Below are positions 36,437 to 44,116 of a stretch of DNA of 64,000 bases, in pieces. The DNA comes from Acidobacteriota bacterium. GTDB lineage: Bacteria > Acidobacteriota > Vicinamibacteria > Vicinamibacterales > UBA2999. The position numbers and the translations under genes are program-made. The notes under the pieces are model-generated. The model was not told the origin of the DNA. It saw only the letters and a list, made by a program, of their open reading frames with translations, and ran no database searches. Where the stretch lies: assembly GCA_046727855.1 (NCBI GenBank), contig JBKPDL010000026.1, forward strand, positions 2,343 to 66,342, written 5' to 3'. Every line of letters starts with the position of its first letter. Within the stretch, counting starts at the first letter, position 1.

Positions 36437-37045
36437 ATCGCCTTCGATCGTTCTCGTCCCGGCCGGCGCGACGACCGGCTTCGCATCAACGAACGCATCC
36501 GCGTTCGTGAAATCCGCGTGATTGACGACACCGGGCAGCAGTTGGGAATCATGCCCCCGCCGCAAGCCCTCGCAATTGCCCGGCAGAAAGGGCTCGACCT
36601 CGTGGAGATTTCGCCCACGGCGGTGCCGCCGGTCTGCCGCATCATGGATTACGGGAAATACCAGTACCAGGAGCAGAAGCGCGCCCGCGAAGCGAAAAAG
36701 CACCAGCACGTCGTCGAGGTCAAGGAGATCAAGTTCCGGCCGAAGGTTGACGAGCACGATTACCAGTTCAAGAAGAACCACATTCAGCGGTTCATCGAGG
36801 AAGGTGACAAGGTCAAGGCAACGATCTTCTTCCGCGGGCGCGAGATGGCGCACCCGGAGATCGGACACAAGATTCTGATGCGGCTGATTGCGGATCTTGC
36901 GGACGTGGCGACGCCGGAAACGAATCCCCGGCTCGAAGGCAATCAAATGCACACGATCCTAACCGCGAAGCGCGGAGCGAAGCCGTCGAAGCCGGCGCCG
37001 GCAAGGCCGGTCCCGGCCGCCGCAGGAGAGCCGGAGAGAAGCTGA
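36437..37045 (+). CDS. infC: translation initiation factor IF-3, probable non-canonical ATC start
   Basis: The track ORF starts at GTG 36518, which cuts into the conserved N-terminus. The upstream in-frame sequence reads (I)[37 protein letters not shown] with no ATG/GTG/TTG. ATC at 36437 lies 6 nt after GGGAGA. Confidence 0.8.
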   Translation: MAFDRSRPGRRDDRLRINERIRVREIRVIDDTGQQLGIMPPPQALAIARQKGLDLVEISPTAVPPVCRIMDYGKYQYQEQKRAREAKKHQHVVEVKEIKFRPKVDEHDYQFKKNHIQRFIEEGDKVKATIFFRGREMAHPEIGHKILMRLIADLADVATPETNPRLEGNQMHTILTAKRGAKPSKPAPARPVPAAAGEPERS

Positions 37046-37047
37046 TA

Positions 37048-37251
37048 ATGGCGAGCATGAAACTCAAGACCCATCGTGGAGCCGCCAAGCGGTTCAAGAA
37101 GACGGCGAGCGGCAAGTTCAAGCGCAGCTCGGCGTTCAAGCGGCACATTCTCACGAGCAAGACGACGAAGCGGAAGCGCGGACTGCGGAAGTCGGTGACG
37201 GTGTCCGAGTCGGAGCAGCACAAGCTCGAGCGCATGCTGCCGTACAAGTGA
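37048..37251 (+). CDS. rpmI: 50S ribosomal protein L35
   Basis: [33 protein letters not shown]. Confidence 0.95.
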   Translation: MASMKLKTHRGAAKRFKKTASGKFKRSSAFKRHILTSKTTKRKRGLRKSVTVSESEQHKLERMLPYK

Positions 37252-37377
37252 ACGAAGAACCAAGAACGAAGAACGACCAACCGACAGCCAGTGCTCAGGG
37301 CTTTTCCGCTGTCGAACACACGCGGTCGATGCAACACCAAGTCCCGCCAGGGCCCCTGATCACCGAAAGAGAGCAGC

Positions 37378-37740
37378 ATGCCTCGCGTCAAGCGTGGGAC
37401 CGTCCGTCGCGCCAAGCGTCAAAAGCTCGCCCGCCTCACCAAAGGCTATTTCCAGGGTAAGAGCAAGCTTTACAAGTTCATGAAAGAGTCGGCCGAAAAG
37501 GCCGGCGTATACGCGTATGCGGGGCGCAAGCAAAAGAAGCGCGACTACCGCAGCCTGTGGATCGTGCGCATCAATGCCGCCGCGCGCGAGCACGGCATCT
37601 CCTACAGCGTGCTGATGCGCGGTCTCAAGGCCGCCGGTATCACGCTCGATCGCAAGGCGCTCGCGGAGCTCGCCGCACGCGAGCCGCAGGCGTTTGCCGC
37701 CGTTGTCGTACAGGCAAAGGCCGCGACGTCAGCGGTCTGA
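37378..37740 (+). CDS. rplT: 50S ribosomal protein L20
   Basis: [33 protein letters not shown]...[15 protein letters not shown]. Confidence 0.97.
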   Translation: MPRVKRGTVRRAKRQKLARLTKGYFQGKSKLYKFMKESAEKAGVYAYAGRKQKKRDYRSLWIVRINAAAREHGISYSVLMRGLKAAGITLDRKALAELAAREPQAFAAVVVQAKAATSAV

Positions 37741-37849
37741 CCTTCAACACGATCCCCTGTACAGGCCGGTCTTGCGACCGGACCGTTCTGGCGATGTCAA
37801 TCCGGCTGGCCCGAACGCCGGCCGTCACGGGGGATGGTTTCGTCAAGCC

Positions 37850-38953
37850 ATGGCCAACCCGATCGATCCTTCGCTTGCGCCTGACCGCGCGCTAACCGTC
37901 TTTCACGACGAGCTGGCGGCCGTGCGTACAGACGCGGACCTGCAAACGCTGCGCACGCGATGGATCGGACGCAAAGGGAGCTGGACGGCCGCCTACATGG
38001 ACGCGATCGGCAAGGCGGCGCCCGACGAAAAACGGACCCTTGGCCGCCTTGCCAACGAGCTCAAAAAAGCCGTCGAGTCCGGGATCGCGGAACGCGAATC
38101 CTCGCTCGCCGCGGCGCGCCGGCCGACGGGCGCCGTAGATGTCACCCTGCCCGGACGCGCTCCGGTGCTCGGCCATCGTCACCCTCTCTCGCTCATTCGT
38201 GAACAGGTCGAGGAGATCTTCACGCGACTCGGTTATCAGGTGCTCGAAGGTCCCGAAATCGAGGACGACTATCACAACTTCGAAGCGCTCAACATGCCTC
38301 CGGAGCATCCAGCGCGCGACATGCAGGACACGTTGTATCTGTCGGAGCCGTTGATGCCCGCGTCTTGCGACCCGCCAACGCGTGGCAAAGCCCCACGCGC
38401 TCCGCAGCCACTCACGCTTCTGCGCACGCATACGTCGTCAATGCAGATCCGGCATATGGAGGGCGCCGATCCGCCCGTGCGACTCATCGCCATCGGTCCC
38501 GTTTACCGCCGGGATAATCTCGATCTCACGCACACGCCGATGTTCCACCAGGTCGAGGGCCTCGTCGTTGGTCCGACCATCACGCTGGCCGATCTCAAAG
38601 GGACATTGACCTCGATGGCCGCCGCCCTGTTCGGTCCGGGAACCGGCGTGCGCTTTCGACCGAGTTTCTTCCCGTACACCGAGCCGAGCGCCGAAGTCGA
38701 TATCCGTTGCATCCGCTGCGAAGGTGCCGGCTGCTCGATCTGCAAGCGCACTGGATGGCTGGAGATTCTGGGCAGCGGCATGCTGCATCCCGCGCTCTTC
38801 GAATACGTCGGTTACGACCCGGATCGCGTCACCGGCTTCGCGTTCGGCATGGGGATCGAACGCGTTGCGCTCCTCAAGTGGGACGTCGACGATATCCGTC
38901 TGTTCTACGAAAACGATCTCCGCTTCCTCGAGCAGTTCCGGATTGGAAGCTAG
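37850..38953 (+). CDS. pheS: phenylalanine--tRNA ligase alpha subunit
   Basis: The internal ATG at 37850 gives MANPIDPSL... Motifs are HPLSLIREQVEEIF, LLRTHTSSMQIR, FRPSFFPYTEPSAEVD and FGMGIERVALL. About 20 extra residues precede LLRTHTS. Confidence 0.95.
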   Translation: MANPIDPSLAPDRALTVFHDELAAVRTDADLQTLRTRWIGRKGSWTAAYMDAIGKAAPDEKRTLGRLANELKKAVESGIAERESSLAAARRPTGAVDVTLPGRAPVLGHRHPLSLIREQVEEIFTRLGYQVLEGPEIEDDYHNFEALNMPPEHPARDMQDTLYLSEPLMPASCDPPTRGKAPRAPQPLTLLRTHTSSMQIRHMEGADPPVRLIAIGPVYRRDNLDLTHTPMFHQVEGLVVGPTITLADLKGTLTSMAAALFGPGTGVRFRPSFFPYTEPSAEVDIRCIRCEGAGCSICKRTGWLEILGSGMLHPALFEYVGYDPDRVTGFAFGMGIERVALLKWDVDDIRLFYENDLRFLEQFRIGS

Positions 38954-38992
38954 GGTGAACACTCACAGGGACAGAAGGGAGAGCGGCGCGTC

Positions 38993-41119
38993 GTGAAGGT
39001 CCTTCTCTCCTGGATTCGCGACTTTGTCGACGTTCCCGGCACGGCCGAAGAGATCGGCACGCGCATGTCGATGCGCGGGCTTGCGCTCGAAGGGCTCGAG
39101 CTGCGCGCAGGCGGAGTGTTGCCGCCCTGGAGCACTCACCAGGGTCCTGATGCGGTGCTTGATTTCGACGTCACCGCGAATCGGCCGGATTGCCTGTCGA
39201 TTCGAGGGATTGCGAGAGAGATCGCCACTGCCTACCGCCTGCCGCTGCGCAGCCCAGCTGAAGATCGGCCTGAACGGCGGGCCGACAGCCGCGGTGAACC
39301 GCCCGCCATCAAGGTCTCGATCGAAGAACCCGAGTTGTGCGCTCGGTACGCGGCGGCGATTGCCGAGGTCCGTCTCGAACCCTCGCCGCAGTGGATGCAG
39401 TTTCGCCTGAACGCGTGCGGGTTCCGCCCCATCAGCAACATCGTGGACATCACGAACTACGTGCTCCTCGATCTCGGGCACCCGATGCACGCGTTCGATC
39501 TCGCCCGCCTCCGCGGGCCGGCAATCGTGGTGCGGCGCGCGCGCGCGGGCGAACGCCTGACGACGCTCGACGGCAAAGATCGCGCGCTGACGCCGGACAT
39601 GCTGGTCATTGCGGACGCGGAACGTGCGTGCGCAATAGCTGGCGTGATGGGCGGCGCTGAGTCGGAAGTATCGGACGCCACCACCGAGATCGTGCTGGAA
39701 AGCGCCTGGTTCAAGCCGCAATCGGTGCGATCGACGGCGAAGCGCCTCGGTCTGCGAACCGAGGCCTCCTATCGATTCGAGCGCGGCGCGGACCTCACCG
39801 CACCCGTCAACGCGATGCAGCGCGCGCTCGAATTGCTCGAGATCACTGGCGCCGGCAAACAGCGCGGCGCGATCGTCGATGCCTATCCGCGACCGTACGA
39901 GCCGCGCGAGATCATCCTCGACGCGCCACTGATCAAAAAGCTGCTCGGCATGGACGTCCCCGGTACTGAAGCGGTGCGCATCCTGCGTTCGCTTGGAGTC
40001 GAAGTGCAAACCCTCGGCAGCTGGCAGGCCGCACAGCCCGACGCGGCGCTTCCGGTGGGCGAGATTGGCCACAGTTGGCGCGTCACCGTCCCGGCGTGGC
40101 GTCTCGACGTGCAGCGCCCGGTGGATCTGGTCGAAGAAGTGGGACGACATCACGGCTTCGAGCATCTGCCGACGACCTTCCCGCCCGTCGAGCAGCCGCC
40201 GCCGCCGTCCGACGCTCGTATTCCCCGCGACAATGCCGTGCGTCGAGCGTTGGTGGCGATGGGTTTCAGCGAAGCCATCACCTTCGGCTTCATCGAAGCA
40301 GCAGCAGCCGCTCCGTATGCAGACAACGGCGGCCCGATGGCGCTTGCGAATCCTCTGTCAGAGAAGTTCGCGGTGTTGAGGCCAAGCCTCTTGCCTGGGC
40401 TGGTTGATGCAGTCAGCCATAACCGCAGGCACGGCCGAAAGGACGTTCGGCTGTTCGAGATTGGAACGCGGTTCTCGCGGCGCGGCGAAACACGTGGGGC
40501 CGCTGCCGTGTGGAGCGGGCTTGCGGTGCCGGAACATTGGAGCGGTGGCCAGCGGGTCGTCGACTTCTTCGACGTGAAGGGCGTCGCAGAGCAGTTGTGC
40601 CGCGTGCTCGGCGGCTCGGCGACGTTTGCCGTCGCCTCACGTCCGTATCTCGTGCAGGGTCGAACGGCGGACATTTGCCTCAACGGCGATGTGGTTGGCG
40701 TCGTCGGTCAATTGGACCCGGCGATAGTCGAGCAGCGCGACTTGCCGCGCGGCGATGCCGTCTACATTACTGAGATCGACTTGGATGCACTGTCGGCGCG
40801 TGTTCCGCGCACGGCGACGTTCGCGCAGCCCCTGCCGCGTCATCCGTTCGTCGTCCGCGATATCGCGATTCTGCTCGACGACAGCTTGTCTGCCGAGACC
40901 GTTCGTGGCACGATCCGACGCGTTGCCCCTGCGACGCTCGTGGCCGTCCGCGAGTTCGATCGGTATCAAGGCAGAGGCATACCCGACGGCAAAGTAAGCC
41001 TCGCGGTGCACCTCATGTTCCAGGCTGCGGACCGCACGCTGGCCGACGCTGAGGTACAAACTGCGATGGATGCAATTGTCGCGGCATTGAAGAACGATTT
41101 GGGCGCAATACAGCGATAG
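38993..41119 (+). CDS. pheT: phenylalanine--tRNA ligase beta subunit (short form, no N-terminal tRNA-binding OB domain)
   Basis: MKVLLSWIRDFVDVPG..., then TANRPDCLSIRGIAREIA already at about residue 60. B3/4, B5 and FDX-ACB regions are present. The protein is 708 aa. Confidence 0.93.
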   Translation: MKVLLSWIRDFVDVPGTAEEIGTRMSMRGLALEGLELRAGGVLPPWSTHQGPDAVLDFDVTANRPDCLSIRGIAREIATAYRLPLRSPAEDRPERRADSRGEPPAIKVSIEEPELCARYAAAIAEVRLEPSPQWMQFRLNACGFRPISNIVDITNYVLLDLGHPMHAFDLARLRGPAIVVRRARAGERLTTLDGKDRALTPDMLVIADAERACAIAGVMGGAESEVSDATTEIVLESAWFKPQSVRSTAKRLGLRTEASYRFERGADLTAPVNAMQRALELLEITGAGKQRGAIVDAYPRPYEPREIILDAPLIKKLLGMDVPGTEAVRILRSLGVEVQTLGSWQAAQPDAALPVGEIGHSWRVTVPAWRLDVQRPVDLVEEVGRHHGFEHLPTTFPPVEQPPPPSDARIPRDNAVRRALVAMGFSEAITFGFIEAAAAAPYADNGGPMALANPLSEKFAVLRPSLLPGLVDAVSHNRRHGRKDVRLFEIGTRFSRRGETRGAAAVWSGLAVPEHWSGGQRVVDFFDVKGVAEQLCRVLGGSATFAVASRPYLVQGRTADICLNGDVVGVVGQLDPAIVEQRDLPRGDAVYITEIDLDALSARVPRTATFAQPLPRHPFVVRDIAILLDDSLSAETVRGTIRRVAPATLVAVREFDRYQGRGIPDGKVSLAVHLMFQAADRTLADAEVQTAMDAIVAALKNDLGAIQR

Positions 41120-41201
41120 TGTTGGCGCTATCGCGCCAGCAAGTCAGGCATCTTACGCACCTTGGCACTTAGGATCTTTAGGCAATCCAGGCACCCGCGA
41201 T

Positions 41202-41495
41202 ATGGCGACTACTACTACGAAAGCTACCCAGACCGCACCAACCTCTCTCGAACCAATTGACCGGCTCGAAGAGAAGATCAAGCTCCTCATCAACGCTATC
41301 ACCCGCCTGCGTGGCGAGCAGACGCGCGTCATCGAAGAGAACGGGCGCCTGCAGCGCGAAGTCGAGGGCTTGCGCGCGCAGCTGGCCGACGCCCAAGGGG
41401 CGGCCGGCGAAGTCTCCACGCTTCGAGACGAGCGCGATCAGATTCGCACGCGCGTCTCCGACATGTTGAAACAGCTCGACACCCTGAACCTGTAG
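41202..41495 (+). CDS. coiled-coil protein, ZapB-like (cell-division associated)
   Basis: 97 aa. After a Thr/Ala-rich N-terminus, heptad-like IDRLEEKIKLLINAITRLRGEQTRVIEENGRLQREVEGLRAQL. It lies immediately upstream of zapA. Confidence 0.45.
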   Translation: MATTTTKATQTAPTSLEPIDRLEEKIKLLINAITRLRGEQTRVIEENGRLQREVEGLRAQLADAQGAAGEVSTLRDERDQIRTRVSDMLKQLDTLNL

Positions 41496-41496
41496 G

Positions 41497-41802
41497 ATGA
41501 CGGACGCGCGCGTCATCCACGTCGAGGTCGCCGGGCAGCGATACCCAATCCGCACGAGCCTCCCGGCAGATTACGTTCACGACCTCGCGGCCTATGTGGA
41601 CCGGAAGATGCGCGCCGCGACCGAAGCGTCCCCCTCGAGCGACTCGGTGGGACTCGCCGTGTTGACGGCGCTCAACATTGCTGACGAGTTCTTCAGGGCC
41701 CGCGACGAACTCTCAGGCGAGACGCAAAGCCTCACGTCGAGGGCGCAGGCGCTCGAGCGGATCGTCGACCAGGCGCTGCAACTCGCCGGGCATGAGGAGT
41801 GA
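41497..41802 (+). CDS. zapA: cell division protein ZapA
   Basis: VEVAGQRYPIRTSLPADYVHDLAAYVDRKMRA...LAVLTALNIADEF is the ZapA pattern. Confidence 0.8.
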   Translation: MTDARVIHVEVAGQRYPIRTSLPADYVHDLAAYVDRKMRAATEASPSSDSVGLAVLTALNIADEFFRARDELSGETQSLTSRAQALERIVDQALQLAGHEE

Positions 41803-41831
41803 TTCGCCGGATTTTCGCTTTTATGGCCGCC

Positions 41832-41860
41832 TTGACCCATCCGGCGCTAGAGCTTAAGAT
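41832..41860 (+). promoter_or_regulatory. sigma70-type promoter of the 6S RNA gene (TTGACC-17-TAAGAT)
   Basis: TTGACC (41832-41837), a 17-nt spacer, and TAAGAT (41855-41860). The 6S closing stem starts 5-7 nt downstream. Confidence 0.6.
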
Positions 41861-41865
41861 CCATG

Positions 41866-42056
41866 GGTTCCTGCTTTGCTCGTGATGGCTTTTCAGGAGG
41901 CTTGTCTGAGCCAACGTTAACCCCAAGAGAGTTGCGACAGCCGCGTGGTGTGCATGCCTCCGTGGAGAGGAAGCCTGAAGCGCGGCTCTTACAGCGGCTC
42001 CACCTGCTGATGCAGGTTCAGCAGACCTCCCCACACGGCAAAGCGGGAACATTTTC
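41866..42056 (+). ncRNA. ssrS: 6S RNA (SsrS)
   Basis: It sits directly downstream of zapA, as in E. coli. The closing stem is GUUCCUGCUUUGC..CGUG / CACG..GCAAAGCGGGAAC. The next stem is GGAGG..UCUGA / UCAGCAGACCUCC. There is a large central bubble. The terminal stem is AGCCGCG/CGCGGCU, with hairpin CCUC-CGUGGA-GAGG. The 3' bubble hairpin is CCUGC-UGA-UGCAGG. Confidence 0.78.
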
Positions 42057-42099
42057 AAGACCAGCTGCTCAGGTCCGTAGGGTTGCGACAGATGCGGAA

Positions 42100-42138
42100 G
42101 ATGCCGTCGGGTGCGCAGGCGCACCTGTGCACGGCATC
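42100..42138 (+). terminator. strong GC hairpin downstream of 6S RNA (no U-tract)
   Basis: GATGCCGT-CG-GGTGCGC-AG-GCGCACC-TGTGC-ACGGCATC. Confidence 0.35.
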
Positions 42139-42293
42139 TCGGCACCCGCCCGCACCCGCGCACCGTACCGAAACCTGTCGCACCCAACTCACCGACGCAT
42201 CCGACTCCGCGCGGGAGATTTTGCGCCGAGCTACGTTGAGACCCTCGCCGCAGCGGCGAGACGGAGGCCGCAAAGGCGGGCCTTCCGCACCTG

Positions 42294-43289
42294 ATGAAGG
42301 TTTCTGACCTCGGTGAGCGTCGGTTACTCGAGCGAATTCGCGCGCGGCTGCCGAAGCCACCCGGCCATGTAGTGGTGGGCATCGGCGACGATGCGGCCGT
42401 CGTGGAGGTCGCCAGAAATACCCGCGTTGTGGTGACGACGGACGCGCTTGTTGAAGGTGTGCATTTCGATCGTGCGTTTTCGACGCCCGCTGACATCGGC
42501 CACAAGGCACTCGCGGTCAACCTCAGCGATTTAGCCGCGATGGGCGCCACTCCGGTTTGGGCGCTGCTGTCACTGGCGTTGCCGGACGGCACGGCCGTTG
42601 AAGACGTTGAGGCGCTCGTGGATGGGCTTGTGGGCCTGGCCAATGCAAATTCCCTTGCGTTGGTGGGTGGCAACCTGACGAGCAGCCACAACCAGCTCGT
42701 CGTTGACGTGACTGCGGGTGGAACGGTTCATCCGCGCCATGTATTGCTGAGAGACGGTGGCCGCGCTGGTGACCTCCTCTTCACCAGCGGAACCATAGGC
42801 GCAGCTGCCGCTGGGCTGGAGATGATGAAGGCCGGACTTCCTCCCAGCCCGGCTAACGAGCAGTGCTTCAGCAAGTATCGTCGGCCCGACGCGCGTGTAC
42901 GACTGGGGCGCGCGCTCTCGGCCACACGGGCCGCGCGTGCGGCGATGGATTCGAGCGATGGGCTGGCTGACGCCGTACGCCAGCTTGCCGAAGCAAGCGG
43001 GTGTGGAGCAGAGATTGACGCGTCGCAGCTGCCGATTGACGATGGCGCGCGACGCTGGTGGGTATCGCAGGGCGTTGATCCTGTCGACAGATCTCTTGTC
43101 GGCGGTGACGATTACGAACTGCTGATTGCCGTGCCGCCGAAGTGGCGTGGGCGATTGCGGCACGTAACCCGTCGAGTGTCGGATCCCCCGCTTCGATGCG
43201 TCGGCGTGTTGACGAGAACTGCAAACGAGTACGTCGTCGTTCGAGACGGCCGGAGAGAACGACTGACCGGCGGGTTCGAGCACTGGTAA
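42294..43289 (+). CDS. thiL: thiamine-monophosphate kinase
   Basis: LGERRLLERI...GIGDDAAVV...TTDALVEGVHF...GHKALAVNLSDLAAMGA. Confidence 0.9.
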   Translation: MKVSDLGERRLLERIRARLPKPPGHVVVGIGDDAAVVEVARNTRVVVTTDALVEGVHFDRAFSTPADIGHKALAVNLSDLAAMGATPVWALLSLALPDGTAVEDVEALVDGLVGLANANSLALVGGNLTSSHNQLVVDVTAGGTVHPRHVLLRDGGRAGDLLFTSGTIGAAAAGLEMMKAGLPPSPANEQCFSKYRRPDARVRLGRALSATRAARAAMDSSDGLADAVRQLAEASGCGAEIDASQLPIDDGARRWWVSQGVDPVDRSLVGGDDYELLIAVPPKWRGRLRHVTRRVSDPPLRCVGVLTRTANEYVVVRDGRRERLTGGFEHW

Positions 43290-43295
43290 ACAGCT

Positions 43296-43871
43296 ATGTT
43301 GATCTCAAAGTCGTTGGTGCGAAAAGTCGTCGCGACACTCGGCGCGGCGGTCGGATTCGTGTTCGTGTACGAAACCACGATTCGTGATTCGCGCTATGCG
43401 GCGCGGCAGGCGTGGGTTGCCGAAGCCGCGCCTCGCCCGAGCGTGGGTTCACCGCTTTCGTTCACTGCAACCGCCTACTGCAAGGGGGAAACAACCGCAT
43501 CCGGCGTCGTCGTGCGCACCGGCGTTGCCGCCGCCGATCCCGCTCTCTTACCCGTCGGCAGCGTGGTCCGCATCGATACGCCGGATACGCGCTACGACGG
43601 CATCTGGACCATCATGGACACCGGTCCCTCTGTGCAGGGACGTACGCTCGATCTCTACATGTGGAGCTGCAACGACGCGCTTAAGTTCGGCCGCCGATCG
43701 GTGCGCGTCAATGTGCTGCGGCTCGGATGGAATCCACAAAACAGCGAGCCGGTTGGGGTCGATTCGCTCTTCCTGCGGCGCGAGAAAGAGCAAGCAGACC
43801 CGCCGCTCCCCGCGCGAGCCGTCGATCCGACGGTCCTGCTTGCGCCCGCTGCGGCTTCGCCGCAATCGTAA
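43296..43871 (+). CDS. 3D-domain (MltA/RlpA-like) protein with N-terminal anchor
   Basis: FTATAYCKGETTASGVVVRTGVAAADPALLPVGSVVRI...MDTGPSVQGRTLDLYM is the 3D domain pattern. Confidence 0.8.
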   Translation: MLISKSLVRKVVATLGAAVGFVFVYETTIRDSRYAARQAWVAEAAPRPSVGSPLSFTATAYCKGETTASGVVVRTGVAAADPALLPVGSVVRIDTPDTRYDGIWTIMDTGPSVQGRTLDLYMWSCNDALKFGRRSVRVNVLRLGWNPQNSEPVGVDSLFLRREKEQADPPLPARAVDPTVLLAPAAASPQS

Positions 43872-44116
43872 CCGCCGCGGCGCCGCGCGCCGCGACGTAG
43901 GTTCCCAACGAGGTTCCCGGCGGAGGTTCCTCACGCACGTTCACGGAGGTTCCCGACAGGGTTCCTTACGTGTGTTCCTCACGGACGTTCTCGTAGTTCC
44001 TAGGTAGTGTTCCGAACGACGCGAACTCACGTCAGGAACTCTCACTTAGAGAACCTCGTGAACTCACGTGAGGAACCTACGTAAGGAACCCCCGTGAGGA
44101 ACCCACGTGATGTGGA
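43872..44116. repeat. 245-bp GGTTCC / GGAACC word array filling a convergent spacer
   Basis: The left arm has about 10 GGTTCC/GTTCC/GTTCT words (AGGTTCCC, GAGGTTCCC, GGAGGTTCCTCACG, ...). The right arm has about 8 GGAACC/GGAACT/GAACT words (GAGGAACCTACGTAAGGAACCCCCGTGAGGAACCCACGTGA). CACG/CGTG motifs are interleaved. Confidence 0.85.

Noticed and set aside
37252-37377. The 126-nt rpmI-rplT spacer, considered as an L20 autoregulatory leader.
   Set aside because: It contains only the GAAGAAC word run and one weak hairpin (GACAGC..GCTGTC). I could not recognise the L20-leader pseudoknot or 23S-mimic features. The known leaders also sit upstream of infC or rpmI, not here.
37694-37849. Upstream extension of pheS, which would overlap the end of rplT.
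   Set aside because: The extension is Pro/Arg-rich and overlaps rplT. The ATG at 37850 (MANPIDPSL) gives a normal PheS N-terminus.
42180-42293. TPP (THI-box) riboswitch upstream of thiL.
   Set aside because: Only fragments resembling TTGAGA and ACCTGAT are present. The conserved CUGAGA ... ACCUGAUCUGGAUAAUGCCAGCG core and pairing scheme could not be fitted.
43872-44116. The repeat arrays here, and at 33521-33770, 25611-25760 and 21338-21480, were considered as CRISPR arrays.
   Set aside because: The repeat units are only 5-13 nt and degenerate. There are no unique 25-40-nt spacers between them, and the second half is the reverse complement of the first. No cas genes are present in the window.
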